Source of the DNA: a virus | Lineage: Duplodnaviria > Caudoviricetes | Strand: one strand, 5' to 3' | Length of the DNA: 60,997 bases | IMG/VR virus record: IMGVR_UViG_3300031565_011186 | Coordinates: 1-60,997 of that record | Shown here: one piece after another, positions 53,785 through 60,997 of the stretch | Layout of the letters: every line of letters starts with the position of its first letter | Numbering within the stretch: position 1 is the stretch's first letter | Position numbers and translations under genes: made by a program | The notes under the pieces: model-generated | Databases searched by the model: none | Told to the model about the DNA's origin: nothing | Seen by the model: the letters and a program-made list of their open reading frames with translations, nothing else

Positions 53785-54071
53785 CTGACCTGGGGATCCA
53801 GGGCCTCGTGAACAACCAGGTCACCACAGTCGTCTGCGACAGCGACCTGTTCGAGCCCGTCCGTTGCCGCGCTGAGCGCTTCAGTCCTTGGCTGGGCGAA
53901 CTCCTGAACTGCCATCTCTGCTTCGGCACGTGGGCGGCTTTCGGGCAGGCGGCCTACCGGCAACTGACCGGCACGGCGCCCCGCCGCGGCCTCATCCCCA
54001 TGCTCCTGGACGCCTTCGCGATCGCGGCCGCCGGCCGGCTCGCGCGGCGCATCATCAACCGCGAGTCCTGA
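53748..54071 (+). CDS. DUF1360-like membrane protein
   Basis: T..V..DLFEPVR...LGELLNCHLCFGTW. Confidence 0.7.
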   Translation: MDIRGTSPAGALTDLGIQGLVNNQVTTVVCDSDLFEPVRCRAERFSPWLGELLNCHLCFGTWAAFGQAAYRQLTGTAPRRGLIPMLLDAFAIAAAGRLARRIINRES

Positions 54072-54088
54072 TCGCTTTCCCCGCGCCC

Positions 54089-54100
54089 GTCGACCATTAG
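54089..54100 (+). promoter_or_regulatory. Putative late promoter motif
   Basis: GTCGACCATTAG 6 nt before the protease ATG, no SD. Confidence 0.7.
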
Positions 54101-54106
54101 GTTGAG

Positions 54107-56557
54107 ATGGGCGACAAGATCAAACCGCCGCTACTCGCTGGGCGCCCCTATTCCGGCGTCGGCGATGATTCCCTTCCTGACAATGTGAAGGCGCTGCCGG
54201 CGCATGGCAAGGAGATCTGGGTCGCCGCCTTCAACGGCGCCTGGAGTTCGTACGACAGCGCCAGCACTGACCTCACCCAGGAAGGCTACGCCATGGCCGT
54301 CGCCTGGGCCGCGGTCAAGAAGCAGTACAAGAAGGACGCCGAGGGCAACTGGACGAAGCGCAGCGTCATCGAGGGCGCCGACGGCTACTTCACGAAGGTC
54401 TGGCGCAGCGCCGATGGCAAGATGCGCTGGCGCGCGACGATCAGCGACGACGGCGTCGACCAGTACGCGACCCGTATGACATCCGACTTCCTGGACGACA
54501 TGTGCCGGCGCGCGATGGCGCCTGGCGGCATGCCCTGGCTCGGGATCTCACACTATGACGTCTTCTCAGCGATCGGCGCGCCCGACCGTGTCTACCGTGA
54601 CGGCCGCCAACTGAAGGCTGAGGGCGTCTTCCTGGCCGACTCCGAGGACGCGTTCCAGCGGGAACTCGCGCTGGCCGCCTTCGAGACCGCCCGCAGCGAG
54701 GCGTCGCTCCTGCCGGCGCACCGCAGCATCCGCACCTCCATCGCCTTCGTTCCGGAGGCCTTTGTGATCGAGGACTGCGGCGTTATGGCTTACACTCACG
54801 GGAGCCTGAGGCACATCGCGCTCACGACGCGACCGGCCAACTCGCGGGCCGACTTTACAGCCGAGGAGGACAGTATGCCACGAAGTAAGACTCTCCGCGA
54901 CCTCCGCCGAGAGGACGCCGCCGCCATCGTGGGCGAGGAACTGGCCGGCCGGCTCTACGAGAAGGAGGGCGACGACACGACGCAGCGAACGACCGAGCAC
55001 GACGGCCTCATGTACCGAGCGGCCCTGGAAGACGAGGACGGCGACGTGATGGTCAGCGCCGACGGCGAGAACTGGGAGCCCGTCTCGGCCACGACGCGGG
55101 CCGGCCAGCCATTCGCCGCCGCGCCCCTGAATGACAGGGCGACGGCCTGGGAGGCGGCCAAGGCCCGTGGCCGCATCTGGGCCTGGGCGACGGATGCCGA
55201 CGGCAAGTTCAGCGGTGCCAAGGCCCGCAAGGGCTTCGCCGTCTTCGACAGCGAGAACCCCGACCTCAAGATCGGCATGGCGCTACCGCATCATGACATC
55301 GAGGGCGAGAAGTTCGTGACGTCGCAGCGCGGCGTCATCGCCGGCGGTGCCGTCGTGCAGGGAGCCCGCGGCGGCTTCAAGGAATTCCAGGAGGGCGATA
55401 CCGAGGCGGCCAAGATCCACCTCGCCGGTCACTACAAGCAGATGGACATGACAGCACCCTGGGAGGCGGAGCGCGCCAACCTGCGCCATCGCGCCGAGGA
55501 GCTCTGGCTGATCGAGGCGGTGCCCGAACTCTGGGAGGACAGCGCCCTCGAGACCGCCAGGCAGGCCCTGATGACCGACCTGACGTCCGGCGCCGTGCCG
55601 CGGCCGACCCTTGACGAGGCCCGCGCCGTGTTCGACGGAGGTCACCAGTTCGGCCTCTCGCTGTTGCGCGCGACCGGCGCGACGCCGCTGACCATCATGA
55701 ATGCCCTGCGCTGCATCGTCAGCGATCCTGACGACACGTGGGGCGAAGGCGCCCACCAGGCCGAGCCCGCAGACGTCCGCGCTGTCTCGCCCGACGTGCC
55801 CTTCCGCACTGCCCTGGCCGAGCGCTACGGCATAGAGCCAGCGCCGGACGCTGGTCTCATCGCAACGATGAACGCCGAGGAGGTGATGGACACAGCCTTC
55901 CACGCCTCCTGGACTCTCATGGACATCATCGCCGCCAACGTCCAGGCGGCTCCCAAGGAGGTCTCCTTCGAGGAGCGCCTGGCCAACGTGCAGGCCGCCC
56001 TGAACGAATTCGCCCAGATCATCAACCAGGTTCTTGCTCAGTCCACGCAGCGGTCACTGACCGACGGCGACGGCGTAAAGCCAGGCGGGGCGGACAAGGG
56101 TACCGTGAACCCGCCACCAGGCGAGCCGGACGCCGCTACCCTGGCGGTCGACGAGACGCTGGACGCCATCCGCGCCTTCGTGCGCGGGGCCGCGCCCGAG
56201 GGTGAGCAAGCGCAGGTGCTTCTCGAAACGCTGGGAGAGCGCCTGATGCCGATCATCCGACGAGCGGCCGCGCCACCTGACGCTGCGGCGGAGTTGGCGG
56301 CCACTGTGCTTGATCGCCTGGAAGGGATGCAGCGCACGATCGACACGCTGGTCGCGGACAAGGCGGGAGGGGGCCCGCCCGAACCGTCATCGCTCGCGCC
56401 GCGCCGGACGGCCGCAAGGTTGCCGCCGCCGCGGCGGTCAGTGCGGGCCCTGGGCATTCCCGCCCAGGAGCCTCAGCGCCGGCCAGGCGATCCGGTATCG
56501 CCCCACGACTACGCCAGGGGTGCCCACCTAAGGACGGGGTTCAACCCGTACGAATAG
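54107..56557 (+). CDS. ChaB domain - prohead protease - scaffold fusion
   Basis: LP..VK.LP.HG.EIW.AAFN...AWAAVKK.Y.K...W (ChaB); H, S and IALTTRPAN (protease); LPHHD...QGARGG...HL..HY....PW domain; helical tail. Confidence 0.8.
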   Translation: MGDKIKPPLLAGRPYSGVGDDSLPDNVKALPAHGKEIWVAAFNGAWSSYDSASTDLTQEGYAMAVAWAAVKKQYKKDAEGNWTKRSVIEGADGYFTKVWRSADGKMRWRATISDDGVDQYATRMTSDFLDDMCRRAMAPGGMPWLGISHYDVFSAIGAPDRVYRDGRQLKAEGVFLADSEDAFQRELALAAFETARSEASLLPAHRSIRTSIAFVPEAFVIEDCGVMAYTHGSLRHIALTTRPANSRADFTAEEDSMPRSKTLRDLRREDAAAIVGEELAGRLYEKEGDDTTQRTTEHDGLMYRAALEDEDGDVMVSADGENWEPVSATTRAGQPFAAAPLNDRATAWEAAKARGRIWAWATDADGKFSGAKARKGFAVFDSENPDLKIGMALPHHDIEGEKFVTSQRGVIAGGAVVQGARGGFKEFQEGDTEAAKIHLAGHYKQMDMTAPWEAERANLRHRAEELWLIEAVPELWEDSALETARQALMTDLTSGAVPRPTLDEARAVFDGGHQFGLSLLRATGATPLTIMNALRCIVSDPDDTWGEGAHQAEPADVRAVSPDVPFRTALAERYGIEPAPDAGLIATMNAEEVMDTAFHASWTLMDIIAANVQAAPKEVSFEERLANVQAALNEFAQIINQVLAQSTQRSLTDGDGVKPGGADKGTVNPPPGEPDAATLAVDETLDAIRAFVRGAAPEGEQAQVLLETLGERLMPIIRRAAAPPDAAAELAATVLDRLEGMQRTIDTLVADKAGGGPPEPSSLAPRRTAARLPPPRRSVRALGIPAQEPQRRPGDPVSPHDYARGAHLRTGFNPYE

Positions 56558-56566
56558 GAGCCCCCC

Positions 56567-58096
56567 ATGAGAAATCTACCGCCGTTTGCGGTTCACAAGG
56601 CCCTGCAGGCGCCGAACATGTTCGGCTCTGGGGCCGGCGTGAGCCCGAGATTCATTTCCAGCGGCGCCTACCGGACGATGCGGTACGAGGACTGGGTCAG
56701 AGAGGAACGCGCTCGCGCTGACCTCGAGGGCCGCAGGGCCTACGTGCCGCCCGTCGACCAGAACGGCGTCCCGCTGGACATCGCCCACTACGCCTCCAGG
56801 GAGGAGGCGATCGACTGGGCCAACCAGATCCTCGCCGAGAGCGGTCGCAGCGACGCCGACAAGGCGCGCTTGGCCGAACTTGAGGCGCGGATGGGCGCGG
56901 ACTTCAAGGAGGCCGCGGGCTCGGGAGACCCCGCGAAGATCATCGGCGTCGTCCGCTCAGCCCTCCTGCAGTTGCGCGACACCGACCCCGTCATGTGGCC
57001 GTCGCCGCCTCCGACGCCGCACGACTTCACGACGGAGTTCGGCACCATCGTCGACCAGACCGAGATCATCCCCATGTGTGAGGAGTTGGGCCTCTACAAC
57101 GCCTTCCCCGAAGACGTTAACGGCGCCAACACCGACACGTGGCGTGAGATGACCATGCTCGAGTTCGCCTCGGGCTGCGACTCCTGCGCCTTCACGCCTG
57201 GCGCCTGTCCGGAGGACTTCGTGCACGACACGGAGACCCAGCACACTCACAAGCGCCACATCGGCGTCAAGAAGTCCCTCACCGAGAGCGACATCCGGCA
57301 CAGCGCCGCGGCGATCGCGGCGGGCGTCGGCATCAACGCGCTCGTGGGCGGCTTCAACGACCAGGGACTTCCTGGCGAGAACGACGCCGCGAGCCTCTTG
57401 AGGGGCAGCGTTGCCGACCTGAAGGAGAAGGAGCTCCGGCTGGCCATGGTGCTCGTGCTGAACTGCTGGGACGACTTGCTCGTCAACGGCAGCAACCTCA
57501 CGAACCCGCTGGAGTTCGACGGGATCCGGAACCTCATCACCGCCGCCAACGGGGCGCGGTCGTGCTCCACCACCATGACGGGCACGTTCAGCGCCTCGCG
57601 GTTCGACGACTTCCTGAGCGAGGGCTGCGCCCTCCCGCAGGCCATCATCGGACACCCGACGGCGCTGGCGCAGATCGCCCTGGCCTACATGGCGATCGGC
57701 AGCCAGACGGTCATGTTCGACCGGAACGAGGGCATCGTCCCTGGTCTGAACTTCGCCTCCCAAATCATGGCCGGTATCGGGCCGGTCGCCCTGATCGGCG
57801 ACACCCGATTCCCGCGCCAGACGAATGCGGGAGGGACGTTCACCACGGACGTCTATCCGGTGCGGCTGACGCACAACGGAGAGCCGCTGATCTACAAGGC
57901 GACGCAGATCCCGCTCGCCGCAAAGGACTTGACGCCTGGCTGCACGGCCATCGCCTTCGAGGTGTGGGCCGTGACCGCCCTGGTGATCAAGGCCATGTGC
58001 GCGCAAGCGGTCTGCCGCCTGACCTTCAGCGGCATCCAGGGCGACGGCTGCCACTACGTGCACCCGTGCACGCCGGTGAACTACCTGGCACAGTAG
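56567..58096 (+). CDS. Major capsid protein
   Basis: Follows protease-scaffold; L.NG....PLEFDGI motif; strong terminator downstream. Confidence 0.8.
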   Translation: MRNLPPFAVHKALQAPNMFGSGAGVSPRFISSGAYRTMRYEDWVREERARADLEGRRAYVPPVDQNGVPLDIAHYASREEAIDWANQILAESGRSDADKARLAELEARMGADFKEAAGSGDPAKIIGVVRSALLQLRDTDPVMWPSPPPTPHDFTTEFGTIVDQTEIIPMCEELGLYNAFPEDVNGANTDTWREMTMLEFASGCDSCAFTPGACPEDFVHDTETQHTHKRHIGVKKSLTESDIRHSAAAIAAGVGINALVGGFNDQGLPGENDAASLLRGSVADLKEKELRLAMVLVLNCWDDLLVNGSNLTNPLEFDGIRNLITAANGARSCSTTMTGTFSASRFDDFLSEGCALPQAIIGHPTALAQIALAYMAIGSQTVMFDRNEGIVPGLNFASQIMAGIGPVALIGDTRFPRQTNAGGTFTTDVYPVRLTHNGEPLIYKATQIPLAAKDLTPGCTAIAFEVWAVTALVIKAMCAQAVCRLTFSGIQGDGCHYVHPCTPVNYLAQ

Positions 58097-58130
58097 GCCC
58101 GCCAGGCCGGCAGTGAATCGACAGTCAGAT

Positions 58131-58164
58131 ACGGGGCTCTGCTTCGGCAGAGCCCCGTTGTTCT
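58131..58164 (+). terminator. Intrinsic terminator after the capsid gene
   Basis: ACGGGGCTCTGC-TTCG-GCAGAGCCCCGT followed by TGTTCT. Confidence 0.85.
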
Positions 58165-58183
58165 GCTCACCGGCATAGGCCCC

Positions 58184-58213
58184 TTGACAGCGGCTAGTCG
58201 CACTGTCTACTAT
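58184..58213 (+). promoter_or_regulatory. Sigma70-type promoter with operator A
   Basis: TTGACA-18-TACTAT; GCGGCTAGTCGC at 58190-58201. Confidence 0.8.
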
Positions 58214-58219
58214 CAGCGC

Positions 58220-58425
58220 GGGAGACGGGGCGACAGATCGCCCAGGCGCGGTCGACCCGTAGGGAGGCCAGGCCCGTGAGGACTCTGGCCATTGACCTGC
58301 AAGCGCGAATGCCTGGGGAGTCCCGCCTCCCATAGACAAACGAATTCCCTCGCACGGCCTATCCTCCGGCGGGGTAGCGAGGGGCTGAGGGTGTCAGCCT
58401 AATGGGCCGCGAAGCTGGCATCCGC
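58220..58425 (+). ncRNA. Candidate structured leader/ncRNA
   Basis: Nested stems GGGAGACGGGGC/GTCCCGCCTCCC, CCCAGGC/GCCTGGG, GGTCGA/TTGACC, GGCCAG/CTGGCC, then further hairpins; no credible ORF. Confidence 0.45.
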
Positions 58426-58443
58426 CAACCACAAGGAGGAACC

Positions 58444-59037
58444 ATGCCGAAGGCAGACGTCCCGACGTCAGAGCCTCAGGGTGAGGCCGAAGCCACTGCC
58501 GACGTCGTCGGCAGTTTCACGATCGAGGTGGTCAGAGGAACGCTCGACTCACTGCAAAAGTCGGTCACCGTGATCAGCGAGGCGGCAAGCGTCATCCGCG
58601 AGGCGATGCAGTTGTCTCTGCAGGCTGGCGCGGGCCTTGCGGGGATCCGCACCGTCACGGCGGCGCCTGGCATCAACAACATCCAGGCCCTCCTTGACCA
58701 AGGCTGGGAGATCCTGCACCTGTCGTTCTGTGACGAGGTTCGCGAGACCAGCGCCGTCAGGGGCCGAGCAATAAGCACGCAGTGGGTGCCCTACGCCATC
58801 CTCGGCAAGCGCGGCGAGTTGGCCGCCTCCGACCGGCAGGGCATCGCCGCGGACGCTGAGCGCCAACTCCTGGAGCATGCCAGCCCGCTGACCGCGGGCC
58901 AGGCCGAAGTCCCTGGGGGCAGCGAGGAAGGGCCGGCTGACTCGGCACGACCGCAGGCCCTCGGGCACCAGGTCGAACCCCATCGGACGCAGACAGTCCC
59001 GCCCGACTTTGAACCCACGGGAGGGCTGAAGCACTGA
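58444..59037 (+). CDS. Hypothetical protein
   Basis: AAGGAGG RBS; LLDQGWEIL motif. Confidence 0.7.
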   Translation: MPKADVPTSEPQGEAEATADVVGSFTIEVVRGTLDSLQKSVTVISEAASVIREAMQLSLQAGAGLAGIRTVTAAPGINNIQALLDQGWEILHLSFCDEVRETSAVRGRAISTQWVPYAILGKRGELAASDRQGIAADAERQLLEHASPLTAGQAEVPGGSEEGPADSARPQALGHQVEPHRTQTVPPDFEPTGGLKH

Positions 59038-59041
59038 CCTG

Positions 59042-59245
59042 ATGCTGCTGCGCTACGTCTTCCAGGGGCCCATCACCGTGGGGAAGCGCAACCCGACCCC
59101 GAGCGGCCGGATCTACCACATCGGTTGGAAGGATCCGCCGGAGATCGAGGTCGCGGATGAGGACGTGGACTTCTTGCTCTCTTTCCGCGGCTACTGTTGC
59201 ACCGGCGGGAAGCGTCCCATGTTCGAGAAGGTCGAGGGGCCATGA
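59042..59245 (+). CDS. Small Cys-containing protein (paralog of 25983-26174)
   Basis: SGRIYH...IEVADEDVDFLL...CCTGG..MFE. Confidence 0.7.
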   Translation: MLLRYVFQGPITVGKRNPTPSGRIYHIGWKDPPEIEVADEDVDFLLSFRGYCCTGGKRPMFEKVEGP

Positions 59246-60264
59246 AGCAGAAGACCCACGTCCTGCGGATCCTCTGGGGCCTCGGCGATGTGCTCTGCAC
59301 GACGCCGGCGCTGCGGGCTTTCCGCGCCGCTCACCCCCGAGACCGGATCGTCTTTCGCACCCACGTGAAAGGCGCCAGGCGACTCGAGTACGACGCGCCT
59401 GACCGGCCCGCCGGCAGCGGCGGCGCCCCCGACGAGATGCTCTGGGACAACCCGAACATCGACGCCATCATCGACGCCGACAACCATGAGCGCCAAGGCG
59501 AACACGTCGAGGAGATTGAACTCCGCTATGCCTGGTACGGTTGCCCGCCCCTCGACGAGCCGCTGCAGGCGCGCTACTTCGACTGCCTCGGGTTGCCGCG
59601 GCCGGCGGACGGGCGTTATAGCGCCGACTACTTCATGCGCGACATGGAGCGGCGGGACGCCGCTTACCTGCTCGAATATCACAACAAGTGGGCCTATCAC
59701 TTCTGCGCCCTCACGCCCCGCGTCGGCTGGGTCGGCAAGACCTGGCGCGACGACGGCTGGGTCGAGATCATGCAGCGCCTGCACGCGCGCGGCTGGACGC
59801 CCGTGATCCTCGCTGGCCGGCACCTGCAGCAGCGCGAGTGGGATGACTGCGGCGCGATCAACCTGAGCGGCCAACTCGACATGAGGATGACGGCGGCTGT
59901 CCTGGAGCGTTGCCAGGCGATGCTGGCGACGGAGGGCGGCCTGACCAACCTACGCTTTGCCCTCCGTGGCAGAGCGGTCGTGCTGACGTGCGCGACCAGT
60001 TTCCAGACGCAGGTCTGGGCGCCGCCCGAACTTTGCACTGAGGTCAGGAACCCAGACCGCTGCGAACCCTGCATGTGGCGCGGCCCTCATTCCCAGGGGA
60101 TCACGGACGGGCCCCCTGGGAACATCGCGAAGTGTCCGACGGGGAGGACGCTGCGCGACCTGGACGCCGATTTCGTCTGGCCGTTCCTGGAGAAGGATCT
60201 GGATGCCCATGAGCAAGCCGAAGCAGCCGACCCTCGTTCACGTCTCATGGCTGAAGCGCGATAG
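59242..60264 (+). CDS. GT9-family (ADP-heptose type) glycosyltransferase
   Basis: GLGDVLCTTPALRA, NPNID, K.W...W, NLSGQL.MR.TAAVL, EGG..NL, CEPC...C. Confidence 0.88.
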   Translation: MKQKTHVLRILWGLGDVLCTTPALRAFRAAHPRDRIVFRTHVKGARRLEYDAPDRPAGSGGAPDEMLWDNPNIDAIIDADNHERQGEHVEEIELRYAWYGCPPLDEPLQARYFDCLGLPRPADGRYSADYFMRDMERRDAAYLLEYHNKWAYHFCALTPRVGWVGKTWRDDGWVEIMQRLHARGWTPVILAGRHLQQREWDDCGAINLSGQLDMRMTAAVLERCQAMLATEGGLTNLRFALRGRAVVLTCATSFQTQVWAPPELCTEVRNPDRCEPCMWRGPHSQGITDGPPGNIAKCPTGRTLRDLDADFVWPFLEKDLDAHEQAEAADPRSRLMAEAR

Positions 60265-60997
60265 CGGCCACCTCGGCGGCGTCGAGAAGTTCGCCGCCTA
60301 CCTGCGCCAGGCGCTCAGCGAAAAGGGCTGGGGCGTGGCGATCATCGCCTGGGACGACTTCCCTGGCCATCACTACTACCAAGACCGCCCGAACCCCGAC
60401 AAGGCCGACCTGCTCGGTCACTGGATCGACGGGCCGGCCTTCGGCTTCGCCCACGACGTCATCGTCAGTGACGGGTACTGGGGCATCGGCGTCAGCAGCA
60501 AGCCGGTCGTGCCCGTCGTCCATGGCACCTGGGCCGAGTTTCACGCCCGCATGGGCCTGCGGCCGACGCTGGAGGTGACGCGCCAAGGCGAGGCCTTCAA
60601 CGCCCCGAATGCCTTCCCTGTCGCCTGCTCGCCGGCGTCAGCCCGTGAGGTGAAGCGCTATCACGGCCGGTCTGTCGCGGCCACCATCACCCACGGGATC
60701 GACCTCGGCCTCTACCGCCCGCCCGTCGAACCGCTGCCGCCAGGGCCGCCCTGGATAGTGCTGGAGGCCGCCGGCCGCAATGAGAAGAAGGGCGCGCGCA
60801 TCATCCCCGAGATCCAGCGCTTCCTCGGGAAGGACTTCATCGTCGAGTACCTCAGCGCCGGCCTGGGCCAGGAGGCGGACGCCTTCCGCCGCGGTCACCT
60901 CTTCCTGCACCCGAGCCGGCATGAGGGCAACGCCTACGCCCTCCTGGAGGCAGCGGCGTCAGGCCTGCCGATCGTGACCACCAACGCCGGCCTGTTC
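60203..60997 (+). CDS. GT4-family glycosyltransferase, 5' part (continues across the circular junction to the stop at 350)
   Basis: N-terminal GGVEKF motif; C-terminal FLHPSRHEGNAYALLEAAASGLPIVTT (EX7E); not in the ORF track because it runs off the end. Confidence 0.85.
   Translation, partial: MPMSKPKQPTLVHVSWLKRDSGHLGGVEKFAAYLRQALSEKGWGVAIIAWDDFPGHHYYQDRPNPDKADLLGHWIDGPAFGFAHDVIVSDGYWGIGVSSKPVVPVVHGTWAEFHARMGLRPTLEVTRQGEAFNAPNAFPVACSPASAREVKRYHGRSVAATITHGIDLGLYRPPVEPLPPGPPWIVLEAAGRNEKKGARIIPEIQRFLGKDFIVEYLSAGLGQEADAFRRGHLFLHPSRHEGNAYALLEAAASGLPIVTTNAGLF
60870..60997. repeat. Terminal direct repeat, right copy
   Basis: Matches 1-128 (108 bp exact). Confidence 0.95.

Noticed and set aside
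1-60997. tRNA, rRNA, integrase/att sites, IS elements
   Set aside because: None recognised by eye; tRNAscan-SE and HMM searches are needed to exclude them formally

Overview
The window is an essentially complete, circularly permuted genome of a high-GC tailed dsDNA phage with a siphovirus-type tail. Bases 21-128 equal 60890-60997, giving a unit length of about 60,869 bp. All credible genes lie on the + strand. Virion genes: terminase with a probable TerS-TerL fusion, portal-MuF fusion, ChaB-protease-scaffold, major capsid, neck and tail genes, a TP901-type tape measure, and a BNR-repeat tail tip. A glycosylation cluster (6 glycosyltransferases, 4 SAM methyltransferases) sits between capsid and neck genes, with split HldE-type heptose kinase and nucleotidyltransferase genes elsewhere. 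Other modules: a FliA/WhiG-like sigma factor with a matching repeated late-promoter motif, a lysis cassette containing an AdoMet decarboxylase-like gene, RecT/Bet, SbcCD, RusA, a Spo11/TopoVIA-like Toprim protein, and two DNA methyltransferases. I recognised no integrase, DNA polymerase, helicase or primase. The most striking non-coding signals are in the early region at about 34.9-38.9 kb: an almost uridine-free 274-nt leader, two type II hammerhead ribozymes bracketing one 84-aa ORF (excising a 333-nt RNA that could circularise), and a three-copy covarying RNA motif over ribosome-binding sites. A perfect chromosomal-type parS palindrome lies next to a GATC-dense, origin-like locus. All family assignments come from motif recognition by eye, not database searches.
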